Shown: positions 52,753-63,677 of the stretch, piece by piece
Numbering within the stretch: position 1 is the first letter of the stretch
Layout: each line of letters starts with the position of its first letter
Origin: Candidatus Limivicinus sp.
GTDB lineage: Bacteria; Bacillota; Clostridia; Oscillospirales; Oscillospiraceae
Assembly: GCA_051866745.1 (NCBI GenBank)
Contig: JBJDXQ010000022.1
Span: forward strand, 84,533-148,532
DNA length: 64,000 bases
Direction of reading: 5' to 3'
The notes under the pieces: generated by a model
What the model saw: the letters and a program-made list of their open reading frames with translations, nothing else
Databases searched by the model: none
What the model was told of the DNA's origin: nothing
Program-made: the position numbers and the translations under genes

Positions 52753-53991
52753 ATGATACTGGATACTGCTAAATACCTTGGCAAATGCGACTGCGGCCGT
52801 GACCATGAACTGCGGACGAAGCTTGTGGTGTGCGAATATGGCGCGCTGAACAACTTCGATAAGTACATGGAGGACTGCGGCCTGAGCGGCTTCCGCACCG
52901 TGATTTATGACACCAATACCTATAACCTGCCCACCATGGTCCACATCAAGGCGGACCAGGAGATCATTCTGGAGGCCCAGGGCCTCCACTCCGAGAAGGG
53001 CATGATCGAGGATATGATGACCAGGCTGGAGCGCAAGCCCGATGTGATCGTGGTGGTTGGCGCCGGCACCCTGATGGACTTTGGCCGCTACAGCGCCTAT
53101 AAGCTGGGCATCCCCTTTGTGGCCATCCCCACCCTGGTGTCCTCTGACGGTTTCACTGCCAACATCTGCTCCATTATCATTGACGGCCAGAAGAAGTCCA
53201 TCCCCATGATCGCCCCCGACGCCGTGATCTGTGACCTGGATATTGTCAAGGGCGCCCCCCGCTTCCTCACCGTTTCCGGCGTGCAGGACATTCTGTCCAA
53301 GTACGTCTCCATTGCTGACTGGAAGATCGCCCACCTGGTCTCCGGCGAGTATTTCTGCCAGCGGGTGTGCGACATGGCCCAGGAGGCCCTGGACACCATG
53401 GTCAAGTGCGCCTACGATATGCGGGACGGTAAGCCCGATGACTTTGAGGCCATGGCCTATGCCCAGATGCTTTCCGGCCTGACCATGCAGATTCTGAACC
53501 ACTCCCGCGCCGCCTCCGGCGCCGAGCATCTGATTGCCCACCTGGTGGAGATGAAGCCCAAGGGCTTTGAGAACGCCCATGGTATGCATGGCGAGTGCGT
53601 GGGTGTGGGCACCATCATCTGTGCCGAGGAGTATCACCGTCTGGCCCAGCGGGAGACCATAGAGGTCAAGCCCTTCCAGCCTCTGGACCCGGCCTGGGTG
53701 CGGGACATCTTCGGTGACCTGGCCGACGGTATTTTCAAAGAGTGCGAGAACGATGTGCTTGCCGGCTTTGACGAGCACAAAATCCAGGAGCATTGGCAGG
53801 AGATCCGGGAGATCATTTCCACCATCCCCAGCGCCGAGGAGCTGACGGAGCTGTTCAAGGCCATCGGCGCCAAGCATACCCTCAGCGACCTGGGCATTGA
53901 CGAGAGCATGAAGCATGACGCCCTGGATATTTCCGCCGCCATCCGCAACCGTCTCACCTTCAACCGCATGAGACGGCTCATTGTGGAGTAA
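52753..53991 (+). CDS. iron-containing alcohol dehydrogenase superfamily protein, glycerol-1-phosphate dehydrogenase (AraM/EgsA)-like
   Basis: Start MILDTAKYLG follows GGAGGG. VVVGAGTLMDFGRYSAYKLGIPFVAIPTLVSSDG and later His motifs (SGAEHLIAH, HGECVG) are present. Confidence 0.75.
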   Translation: MILDTAKYLGKCDCGRDHELRTKLVVCEYGALNNFDKYMEDCGLSGFRTVIYDTNTYNLPTMVHIKADQEIILEAQGLHSEKGMIEDMMTRLERKPDVIVVVGAGTLMDFGRYSAYKLGIPFVAIPTLVSSDGFTANICSIIIDGQKKSIPMIAPDAVICDLDIVKGAPRFLTVSGVQDILSKYVSIADWKIAHLVSGEYFCQRVCDMAQEALDTMVKCAYDMRDGKPDDFEAMAYAQMLSGLTMQILNHSRAASGAEHLIAHLVEMKPKGFENAHGMHGECVGVGTIICAEEYHRLAQRETIEVKPFQPLDPAWVRDIFGDLADGIFKECENDVLAGFDEHKIQEHWQEIREIISTIPSAEELTELFKAIGAKHTLSDLGIDESMKHDALDISAAIRNRLTFNRMRRLIVE

Positions 53992-54121
53992 AAAGAAAAA
54001 CAAGGAAGAGGCGACCTTGCGCCGCCTCTTTTTATGTATTATGTAGAAATCTTGAAACTGGCTGCGCGGCAGCGGGGTTATCGCCCCAAACGGAAAGAAT
54101 TCAAAAGAAAGGAAACAGCCT

Positions 54122-55621
54122 ATGCAATACATCATGTCATTGGATCAGGGCACAACCAGCAGCCGCTGTATTCTGTTTGACAAGGCGGGCAACATCTGCG
54201 CCTCCGTGCAGAAGGAGTTCAGGCAGATTTTCCCCAAGCCCGGTTGGGTGGAGCATGACGCGGAGGAGATTTGGGACACCACCCTGGAGGTCTCCCGGGC
54301 CGCCATGGCCAAGCTGAACATCGGGGCGGACAGCATCGCCGCCATCGGCATCACCAACCAGCGGGAAACCACGGTGATCTGGGATAAAGAGACCGGCGAG
54401 CCTATTGCCAACGCCATCGTGTGGCAGTGCCGCCGCACCTCCGATATCATTGACCAGCTGGTGGCCGACGGCCATGCAGATACCATCCGTAAAAAGACCG
54501 GCCTGGTGCCTGACGCTTATTTCTCCGGCTCCAAGATCAAGTGGCTGCTGGACAATGTGCCCGGGGCCAGAAAGCGGGCCCAGGCGGGCAAGCTGCTCTT
54601 CGGCACCATTGACACCTGGCTGATCTGGAAGCTCACCGGCGGCCGGGTCCATGTGACGGACCATACCAACGCCAGCCGCACCATGATCTATAACATCCAC
54701 GACCTGTGCTGGGATCAGGAGCTGCTGGACCTGCTGGACATTCCGGCGTGCATCCTGCCGGAGGTCAAGCCCTCCAGCTGTGTCTACGGCAAGACGGATT
54801 TCGAGGTTTACGGCGGGGAGATCCCCATTGCCGGCGCGGCAGGGGACCAGCAGTGCGCCCTCTTTGGCCAGTGCTGTTTCAACCCCGGCGACATGAAGAA
54901 TACCTACGGCACCGGCTGCTTCCTGCTGATGAACACCGGAGAGAGGCCGGTGAGCAGCTGCAACGGCCTGGTCACCACCATTGGCGTCAGCTTTGCGGAC
55001 AAGGTGGTTTACGCTCTGGAGGGCAGCATCTTCGTGGCCGGCGCCGCCATCCAGTGGCTGCGGGACGAGTTGGGCGTGGTGTCCAACGCTGCGGAGAGCC
55101 AGGAGTATGCCGAGAAGGTGGAGGACACCGCCGGCGGCTATGTGGTTCCGGCCTTCACCGGCCTGGGTGCACCCTATTGGAACCAGCGGGCCAGAGGCGC
55201 CGTGGTGGGCGTGACCCGGGGCTTCAGCCGGGCACATCTTGTCCGGGCCACCCTGGAATCTTTGGCCTATCAGACCTATGACATTGCCCGGGCCATGGAG
55301 CGGGACGCCGGCATCAAGATTGGGGAACTGAAGGTGGACGGCGGCGCCTGCGCCAATGACTTCCTCATGCAGTTCCAAAGTGACATTATGGGCTCCGACG
55401 TGTACCGCCCCCGCTGCATCGAGACCACCGCCCTTGGCGCCGCTTACCTGGCGGGCCTGGCCGTGGGCTATTGGGACAGCCTGGACGATATCCGCAGCAA
55501 CTGGGCCGTTGACAAGGTTTTTACTCCCTCCATGGAGGAGCAGAAGCGCATAGAAAAATTAAAAGGCTGGCACAGGGCCGTCCGCTGCGCCCTGGCCTGG
55601 GCCGATGATGAAGGGGATTGA
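54122..55621 (+). CDS. glpK: glycerol kinase
   Basis: Contains [26 protein letters not shown] and the FGGY kinase C-terminus. Confidence 0.95.
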   Translation: MQYIMSLDQGTTSSRCILFDKAGNICASVQKEFRQIFPKPGWVEHDAEEIWDTTLEVSRAAMAKLNIGADSIAAIGITNQRETTVIWDKETGEPIANAIVWQCRRTSDIIDQLVADGHADTIRKKTGLVPDAYFSGSKIKWLLDNVPGARKRAQAGKLLFGTIDTWLIWKLTGGRVHVTDHTNASRTMIYNIHDLCWDQELLDLLDIPACILPEVKPSSCVYGKTDFEVYGGEIPIAGAAGDQQCALFGQCCFNPGDMKNTYGTGCFLLMNTGERPVSSCNGLVTTIGVSFADKVVYALEGSIFVAGAAIQWLRDELGVVSNAAESQEYAEKVEDTAGGYVVPAFTGLGAPYWNQRARGAVVGVTRGFSRAHLVRATLESLAYQTYDIARAMERDAGIKIGELKVDGGACANDFLMQFQSDIMGSDVYRPRCIETTALGAAYLAGLAVGYWDSLDDIRSNWAVDKVFTPSMEEQKRIEKLKGWHRAVRCALAWADDEGD

Positions 55622-55626
55622 TACCG

Positions 55627-56448
55627 ATGGATACCAATAAGCTGAAAAATGTGGAGCTGTTCCTGTTTGACATGGACGGCACGCTCTACCTGGGGGACGA
55701 GGTGTATGAAGGCGCCATTGATCTGATGAATGATCTGCCCCGCCTTGGGAAAAAATATATCTATCTCACCAACAACTCTTCCAGAGCCGGCGAGGACTAC
55801 ATCACCCGGCTCCGCCGCCTGGGCTTCCCCTGCGAGGCGGAGAACGTCTTTACCTCCGGCATGGCCACCGGCATGTACCTGAACCAGCGCCATCCCGGCG
55901 CCTCCGTGTACCTGGCCGGTACCAAGGCCTTTTACCGGGAGCTGAAGAGCTACGGCGTGAACCTGGTGAACGACGAGAACGGCCATACCGAGGCGGACAC
56001 CGTGGACGTGGTGGTGCAGGGCTTTGATACGGAGCTGGTGTATGAAAAGCTGGACAAGGCCTGCCACTTCCTGCGCCGGGGCGCCGCCTTCATTGCCGCC
56101 AACCCGGACTGGGTCTGCCCCATGCCCAATGACGAGGTCCTGCCGGACTGCGGCAGCATCTGCGCCCTGCTGACCGCCTCCTCTGGGAAGGAGCCCAATT
56201 ACATCGGCAAGCCCAACCGCAACATGATCGACGTGATCTCCGAAATGACCGGCATTCCCAATGAGAAGATCTGCGCCGTGGGCGACCGGCTCTATACCGA
56301 TATTGCCGTGGCCCAGAACGCCGGCTCCGTCTCCGTGCTGGTGCTCTCCGGCGAGACGGATCAGGCCATGGTGGACGCGGCGGAGCGCAAGCCCGACTAC
56401 GTCCTGGCCGACGTCCACGAACTGCACATGGTGCTGAAAGAAAACTGA
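55627..56448 (+). CDS. HAD-IIA family phosphatase (NagD-like)
   Basis: Contains FLFDMDGTLYLG, LTNNSS, GKP and VGDRLYTDI. Confidence 0.85.
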   Translation: MDTNKLKNVELFLFDMDGTLYLGDEVYEGAIDLMNDLPRLGKKYIYLTNNSSRAGEDYITRLRRLGFPCEAENVFTSGMATGMYLNQRHPGASVYLAGTKAFYRELKSYGVNLVNDENGHTEADTVDVVVQGFDTELVYEKLDKACHFLRRGAAFIAANPDWVCPMPNDEVLPDCGSICALLTASSGKEPNYIGKPNRNMIDVISEMTGIPNEKICAVGDRLYTDIAVAQNAGSVSVLVLSGETDQAMVDAAERKPDYVLADVHELHMVLKEN

Positions 56449-56505
56449 AACCGAACAAACTCAGGGACAAAGCCTTGCCCCTGAGTTTAAGTATTATTGT
56501 TGCTT

Positions 56506-58245
56506 ATGAATTTTCTGGTGAAATATTCGCTGCCCCTTCTGGCGGCACTGCTTCTGATCATCTTTTACCTGGGCCTGCCCGACCTCCGCGGCTGCACCCT
56601 CCGCAGGGAGGACAAGCGCCGGCTGGACCGGCGGGACGCTGCCATCATGGCCGGCATCAGCCTGGCCTATGCCCTGGTGGCCTTCTGGAACCTGGGCAAC
56701 ACCCGCTCCCCGGAGCACTTTGTGAACATGGAAAACCGCAGCGTCACAGTGGAACTGGGGCAGGGAAGTGCCGATTCCCTGATGCTCTTTTCCGGCGTGG
56801 GCATCGGGGAATATACCATTGAATACGCCCCCGACGGGGAGCATTTCCAGCCCCTGACCAGCTTCCGCCAGAGCCACGCCGAGGTGCTGAAATGGAACCC
56901 GGTGCCTCTGGAGCAGCGCCTCAGCGGGGGCAGCCTGCGCATTACTGGCTCCAGCAACGTGTGGCTGGGGGAAGTAGTGGCCCTGGACGGGGCAGGGGAG
57001 CCCCTCCCCCTGACCAGTGGGGAGCCGGCTCTGACGGATGAGCAGAGTCTCTGCCCCAAAGAGCAGACCTTCATGAACTCCAGCTACTTTGACGAGATTT
57101 ACCATGCCCGCACCGCCTGGGAGCACCTGAACGGCGTCTATCCCTATGAGATCACCCACCCGCCCCTGGGCAAAATCATCCTCTCCTGGGGCATCGCCCT
57201 CTTCGGCATGACGCCCTTCGGCTGGCGCTTTTCCGGCACCTTCTTCGGCGTGCTGATGCTGCCGCTGATGTATGTCTTTTTGAAGAAGCTGTTCGGCGGC
57301 AGGACGGTCCCCGCTGCCGGCACCCTGGTCTTTGCTGCCGACTTCATGCACTTTGTCCAGACCCGCATCGCCACCATCGACACCTATGCCGTGTTTTTCA
57401 TCCTGCTGATGTACCTGTTCATGTACCTGTTCTTTACGGAACACCGGCTGCGGTACCTGGCCCTGTCCGGCCTGTTCTTCGGCCTGGGCGCTGCCAGCAA
57501 ATGGACCTGCCTCTACGCGGGGGCGGGCCTGGCGCTGATCTGGGCCTGGTACTGGGTGAAGAATGCCCGCCTGGGGCCCAAGGCCTTTCTGAAAAATTGC
57601 GGCTTCTGCCTGGTGTTTTTTGTGCTTTTGCCCTGCTGCATCTATTACCTGGCCTATCTCCCCTATGGGCAGGCCTGCGGGTACCGGCTCTTCAGCGCCG
57701 ACTACCTGAAAATGGTGCTGGATAACCAGAGCTATATGTTCCATTACCATTCCGGCGTGGTGGCCACCCATCCCTATTCCTCCCGCTGGTATCAGTGGCT
57801 GCTGGATATCCGCCCCATCCTGTACTACCTCCAGTATCTGCCCGATGGGATGCGCTCCAGCTTCGGCGCCTTTGTGAACCCGGCTTTGTGCTGGGGTGGC
57901 TTCATCGCATTGTTTGTGCTGCTGTACCTGGTGATTGCCCGCCGGGACGAGACGGCCGCCTTTATCCTCCTGGGTTATCTGGCCCAGCTGGTGCCCTGGA
58001 TGTTTGTCTCCCGGCTCACCTTTGAATACCATTACTTCCCCTGCACGGTGTTCCTGGTGCTGGCCATGGGCTATGTGTTCAGCATCTTCTGCCAAAACGG
58101 CCGTCCTGGCCGGCGCTATGTCTGGGGCTTCGCCCTGGGCAGCCTGGCCCTGTTTGCGCTGTTCTACCCGGCCCTCTCCGGCGCGCCGGTGAACAATGCC
58201 CTGGCCACCCGGCTGCTGGGCTGGCTGCCCAGCTGGCCCTTCTGA
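56506..58245 (+). CDS. PMT/GT39-like phospholipid-carrier-dependent glycosyltransferase
   Basis: YFDEIYHARTAWEHL...HPPLGK loop-1 motif and about 11 TM helices. The start is uncertain (TTG at 56497 or ATG at 56506). Confidence 0.8.
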   Translation: MNFLVKYSLPLLAALLLIIFYLGLPDLRGCTLRREDKRRLDRRDAAIMAGISLAYALVAFWNLGNTRSPEHFVNMENRSVTVELGQGSADSLMLFSGVGIGEYTIEYAPDGEHFQPLTSFRQSHAEVLKWNPVPLEQRLSGGSLRITGSSNVWLGEVVALDGAGEPLPLTSGEPALTDEQSLCPKEQTFMNSSYFDEIYHARTAWEHLNGVYPYEITHPPLGKIILSWGIALFGMTPFGWRFSGTFFGVLMLPLMYVFLKKLFGGRTVPAAGTLVFAADFMHFVQTRIATIDTYAVFFILLMYLFMYLFFTEHRLRYLALSGLFFGLGAASKWTCLYAGAGLALIWAWYWVKNARLGPKAFLKNCGFCLVFFVLLPCCIYYLAYLPYGQACGYRLFSADYLKMVLDNQSYMFHYHSGVVATHPYSSRWYQWLLDIRPILYYLQYLPDGMRSSFGAFVNPALCWGGFIALFVLLYLVIARRDETAAFILLGYLAQLVPWMFVSRLTFEYHYFPCTVFLVLAMGYVFSIFCQNGRPGRRYVWGFALGSLALFALFYPALSGAPVNNALATRLLGWLPSWPF

Positions 58246-58392
58246 TAAAAAGTGGTTTTATCCCGGAAATACTGCAAATTCAACTGACAAGGTTCTTTTG
58301 AATCTTGTCAGTTTGGCTAATTTTCCCCTTGAAATATTGTGGAACTTCACTATAATATGTGTCAATATGTAAAAAATGAGCGAGGTAAATTT

Positions 58393-59313
58393 ATGAGTGT
58401 CGCGCTGCTAGGGAAGATCGCATCCCTGTTTTTGATTATGCTGGCGGGCTATGTGGTGGTCCGCTGCGGCTTTCTCCGTTCCGAGGACAGCCATACCCTC
58501 TCCGTGCTCTCCCTGTATCTGATCTGCCCCTGCAGCATTATCTCCGCGTTCCAGATTGACAGCACCCCGGAGATTCGCTCCGGCCTGGTGCTGGCATTCA
58601 TTGCCGGCCTGGTGATCCAGCTGGCCCTGGTGCTGGTGGTCACGCTGCTGAAAAAGCCCCTGCGCCTGGAGCCGGTGGAGCAGACCTCCATCATCTATTC
58701 CAATTCCGGCAACCTGATCATCCCCCTGGTCAGCGCCCTGCTGGGGCCGGAGTGGATCGTTTACACCTGCGCCTTTACCTGTGTGCAGATCGTTCTCCAC
58801 TGGAGCCACTGCAAGTCCGTAATCTGCAACGATGTACATATTGACGTCAAAAAGATGCTCCTCAATGTGAATATGATCTCCGTCCTTGCGGGCATCATCA
58901 TCTTTGCCCTGGGCATCAAGCTGCCCTATTTTGTCCAGAGCGCGGTGGACTCCCTGGCAGTCATGATCGGCCCCGCCGCCATGATGGTCACCGGCATGCT
59001 CATTGCCGGCATGGATCTGAAGAAGATCTTCACCCATAAGCGGGTCTGGTTCATCACCGCCCTGCGCCTGCTGGCCGTGCCGCTGATCTGCGTGTTTGCC
59101 CTTCGCATTGTCAGCCGCCATACCGGCGTTCCCAACGGGGATATGATCCTGCTGATCACCCTTCTGGCCACCGCCTCCCCCTCCGGCAGCACCATCACCC
59201 AGATGGCCCAGGTCTACGGCGGTGACACGGAGTATGCCTGCTCCATCAATGTGGTCACCACCCTGCTGTGCATCGTCACTATGCCCATCATGGTGGCCCT
59301 GTACCAGCTGTGA
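58393..59313 (+). CDS. AEC (auxin efflux carrier) family transporter
   Basis: About 10 TM helices and a typical AEC N-terminus (LGKIASLFLIMLAGYVV). Confidence 0.85.
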   Translation: MSVALLGKIASLFLIMLAGYVVVRCGFLRSEDSHTLSVLSLYLICPCSIISAFQIDSTPEIRSGLVLAFIAGLVIQLALVLVVTLLKKPLRLEPVEQTSIIYSNSGNLIIPLVSALLGPEWIVYTCAFTCVQIVLHWSHCKSVICNDVHIDVKKMLLNVNMISVLAGIIIFALGIKLPYFVQSAVDSLAVMIGPAAMMVTGMLIAGMDLKKIFTHKRVWFITALRLLAVPLICVFALRIVSRHTGVPNGDMILLITLLATASPSGSTITQMAQVYGGDTEYACSINVVTTLLCIVTMPIMVALYQL

Positions 59314-59331
59314 AATCGGTAGAAATAACAG

Positions 59332-59359
59332 TTGACATTGCCGTAATTTCTGATAAAAT
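59332..59359 (+). promoter_or_regulatory. candidate guaB promoter
   Basis: TTGACA, 16 nt, TAAAAT. A 9-bp-stem hairpin (59372-59404) lies in the leader. Confidence 0.6.
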
Positions 59360-59420
59360 AGCGTAAATTACCTGCGGCAGAGGCTTTGTTTCCGACTGCC
59401 GCAGAATTATATAATTTTGA

Positions 59421-60914
<1,494 letters not shown>

Positions 60915-60967
60915 GAATAATACGAAAAGCCGCCTGCCGTATGGCAGGTGTTCGCAGAACCCTTTCG

Positions 60968-61000
60968 GTCCCGGCAGCAATGTCTGCCGGGACTTTTCTT
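60968..61000 (+). terminator. intrinsic terminator after guaB
   Basis: Hairpin gtcccggcag/ctgccgggac followed by ttttctt. Confidence 0.8.
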
Positions 61001-61064
61001 GCATATATTGAAGCCGTATGATATGATTAAACAGACCGATAAACTTGAATTTGTAGGTGAGAAA

Positions 61065-61562
61065 ATGATTTTAAGAAAAGCATATATGAATGAAGTAAAT
61101 ACATCTTATCAATGCATTGAAGAGGCAAGAGAATACCACTCTTCCCTCGGGTTTACACAATGGCATCCAGGATATCCAAGTCTCCGCACGATAGAGGAAG
61201 ATATCGAAAACGGAATTGGCTTCGTTTTTGCAGAAGATAATGAAGTGATAGGATATTGCTGTATCATAATTGGAGACGAACCGGCTTACCGTGTAATTGA
61301 TGGCTCATGGAAAACAAATAGAGCATATGCAGTTGTACATAGAATGGCATTTTCAAAGAAAAGTAGGGGTAAAAGCTTGTCGGGAAAGGCAATTTCTTTG
61401 ATTAAGGATTTCTGTATAGAAAATGGAATTGAAGCCATCCGTGTTGATACACAGGAAGAAAACAAGGTGATGCAACACATTCTTTCTCGCGAAGGATTTG
61501 AGTATTGCGGACTGGTTACTTTTGATGGCGGTCCTAAGTTGGCATATGAATGGGACCGATAA
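61065..61562 (+). CDS. GNAT-family N-acetyltransferase (low-GC gene)
   Basis: Start MILRKAYMNE follows AGGTGAG. HRMAFSKKSRGKSLSGKAISL is motif A-like. Composition is clearly more AT-rich than the neighbours. Confidence 0.8.
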   Translation: MILRKAYMNEVNTSYQCIEEAREYHSSLGFTQWHPGYPSLRTIEEDIENGIGFVFAEDNEVIGYCCIIIGDEPAYRVIDGSWKTNRAYAVVHRMAFSKKSRGKSLSGKAISLIKDFCIENGIEAIRVDTQEENKVMQHILSREGFEYCGLVTFDGGPKLAYEWDR

Positions 61563-61643
61563 ATTCCAATTTGTCGAACTGATAAAGGCGCACTTCTATA
61601 CACCTTTTGGTGTACTGTGCGGTCTGCGATTTTGAGCAGCACC

Positions 61644-61698
61644 AAAGCCTCCCTTGTGTAAAGGGAGGTGGCACGGCGAAGCCGTGACGGAGGGATTG
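61644..61698. repeat. left inverted repeat of the DUF559 element
   Basis: aaagcctcccttgtgtaaagggaggtggcacggcgaagccgtgacggagggattg is an imperfect reverse complement of 62046-62092. It supplies the GGAGGG RBS. Confidence 0.7.
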
Positions 61699-61700
61699 TC

Positions 61701-62069
61701 ATGCAGACGAAGCATAATAAACAGTTGGTTCCATTGGCAAAGCAACTGCGAAAAGAAATGACAAAAGAAGAACGTCATCTATGGTACGACTTTTTGCGCT
61801 CCTATCCTGTCCGTTTTTCCAGACAAAAGGTACTTGGAAAATATATCGCTGATTTTTATAGTGCAGAAGCAAAACTTGTCATTGAGCTGGATGGTTCTCA
61901 ACACTATGAGGATAGAAATATTAAAAAAGATGCAGACCGTACCGCTTTTCTGGAGGGGTATGGTCTGAGAGTCATTCGTATCTCCAACAACGAAGTCGGC
62001 AGAAACTTCCGTGGAGTGTGTGAGTATATCGATGCTGCGGTAAAGCAATCCCTCAGTCAGCTTCGCTGA
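61701..62069 (+). CDS. DUF559 (Vsr-like / PD-(D/E)XK) endonuclease-domain protein
   Basis: QLRKEMTKEERHLWYDFLRSYPVRFSRQKVLGKYIADFYSAEAKLVIELDGSQH...D..R...L...G..V.R is the classic DUF559 pattern. Confidence 0.85.
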   Translation: MQTKHNKQLVPLAKQLRKEMTKEERHLWYDFLRSYPVRFSRQKVLGKYIADFYSAEAKLVIELDGSQHYEDRNIKKDADRTAFLEGYGLRVIRISNNEVGRNFRGVCEYIDAAVKQSLSQLR

Positions 62070-62092
62070 CAGCTCCCTTTACACAAGGGAGC
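62046..62092. repeat. right inverted repeat of the DUF559 element
   Basis: caatccctcagtcagcttcgctgacagctccctttacacaagggagc overlaps the 3-prime end of the ORF. Confidence 0.7.
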
Positions 62093-62116
62093 CGCTGCCA
62101 CACCGGTAAAACATAC

Positions 62117-62152
62117 AAAACCGACCTATGATCGTAACCATAGGTCGGTTTT
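62117..62152. terminator. bidirectional terminator hairpin
   Basis: Hairpin aaaaccgacctatg/cataggtcggtttt. Confidence 0.8.
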
Positions 62153-62218
62153 ACTGTCTTACGAAGCCCCGGCAAACCGGCAGGCGGCTTTTTTAGGCCG
62201 TGACTGAGAGGTTTGCCT

Positions 62219-63136
62219 TTACCGGCAGACAAAGCAATGCCATTCTTCCTCGGACTTGTGCTCCAGGATCTGGAAGCCGTTGGCCTTCAGGGCGGCCTCC
62301 GTCTCTACCCAGCGGTGCTCGATAATGCCGGAGCAGATGAAAACTCCATTCTCCGCCAGGAAGGGCCGTACCATGGCCGACAGGGGGATGATCACATCCG
62401 CCACAATGTTAGCCAGCACCAGCTGATACCCGCCGCCCAGATAGGCCCGCAGGGAGGCGTCGGCAAGAATGTCCCCGGCGCAGACCTTCATCCTGTCCGG
62501 CCCGATGCCGTTGAGGGCGGCGTTGGACATCACTACCTCCGGGGCCTTGGGATCGATGTCCACGCCGAAGCAGCTGTCACAGCCCAGCACCAGCGCCCCG
62601 ATGCCCAGGATCCCGCTGCCGCAGCCCAGGTCCAGCACCCCCACGCCGGGCCCCGCAAAGCCCTCCAGCGCCGCCAGGCACATCCGGGTGGTGGCGTGAC
62701 TGCCGGTGCCGAAGATCAGCCCCGGATCCAGCCGCAGGGGCAGGCGCCCGTCCTGGGGGATCTCCTCCCATTCCGGCACCACCACCAGCTTCTCGCCCAC
62801 CTGGATGGGCTTGTAATATTCCCGCCAGTTGTTCTCCCAGTCGCTGTCCTCCACAAAGCCGGTCTCCACATCGCCGTAGGCCGCCTTGATGGAGCGCAGC
62901 ACCGCCAGGCCCTCCTCATCGTCGGTCAGGTAGCACTTGATCCGGCTCAGGCCCTTGAACTTGTCCTCCAGCTCCTGATCCACATAGTCCCAGTACTGGT
63001 GGTTGTTCTCCAGAAAGGCCTGGAAATCCGCCTCGTTTTCGATGACAAAGCCGCCCGCGCCCATGTCCGCCATCTGCTGGCAGCGCAGGTCGATCTCCTC
63101 CTCCGGGGTATTTACGGTAACTTCAATGTAACGCAT
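62219..63136 (-). CDS. prmA: ribosomal protein L11 methyltransferase
   Basis: Contains W...W..Y.P, LDPGLIFGTGSHATTRMCL and VLDLGCGSGILGI. Confidence 0.9.
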   Translation of the reverse strand: MRYIEVTVNTPEEEIDLRCQQMADMGAGGFVIENEADFQAFLENNHQYWDYVDQELEDKFKGLSRIKCYLTDDEEGLAVLRSIKAAYGDVETGFVEDSDWENNWREYYKPIQVGEKLVVVPEWEEIPQDGRLPLRLDPGLIFGTGSHATTRMCLAALEGFAGPGVGVLDLGCGSGILGIGALVLGCDSCFGVDIDPKAPEVVMSNAALNGIGPDRMKVCAGDILADASLRAYLGGGYQLVLANIVADVIIPLSAMVRPFLAENGVFICSGIIEHRWVETEAALKANGFQILEHKSEEEWHCFVCR

Positions 63137-63361
63137 ATGGTTCTCCTTTACATCCTATTGCCTTGATTGTACTCCATCCCAACGGCCTTGTCCAGTGTGT
63201 GCTTTGAAAAGCTGTTGTAAATTTGCATAAAATGACCGTCGAAGCTTTAAAAAAAACGCACAGAATGCACTTGCAAAATTTTTAACAAGGTGCTATTTTA
63301 TATATGCTAATTAAATAACTAACAAAGTTGCGGTTTTCAAAACCGTTTGTATGAGGAGGAA

Positions 63362-63622
63362 ATGAAAATGAAGTGCCCCCGTTGCGGAAGCGAAATGTAT
63401 GTGGATGACCACCGGAAGTATGACCTGCACATGTGCTATGAGTGCGGCTACATGGAGGGGCGCAGCTATGGCGAAGCGCCTGTGGGTGCCAAGGCCCGGA
63501 AGCTGACCAATTTTGAGCGGCTGCGTTCCATGAATGAGAATGAGGCCATTGTTTTCATTGCTGCCGGCATGAACGTGGATGAAAGTCTGCTGCGCAACTG
63601 GATGGCCAAGAGCTTCGCCTGA
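63362..63622 (+). CDS. small zinc-ribbon protein, function unknown
   Basis: GAGGAGG RBS. The protein begins MKMKCPRCGSEM...CYECGYMEG. Confidence 0.6.
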   Translation: MKMKCPRCGSEMYVDDHRKYDLHMCYECGYMEGRSYGEAPVGAKARKLTNFERLRSMNENEAIVFIAAGMNVDESLLRNWMAKSFA

Positions 63623-63648
63623 GTTGCCGGAACAAGGGAATATCAATC

Positions 63649-63674
63649 AATCCCAGGGCTGTTGCCCTGGGATT
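63649..63674. terminator. hairpin between convergent genes
   Basis: Hairpin aatcccagggc/gccctgggatt. Confidence 0.7.
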
Positions 63675-63677
63675 TGT

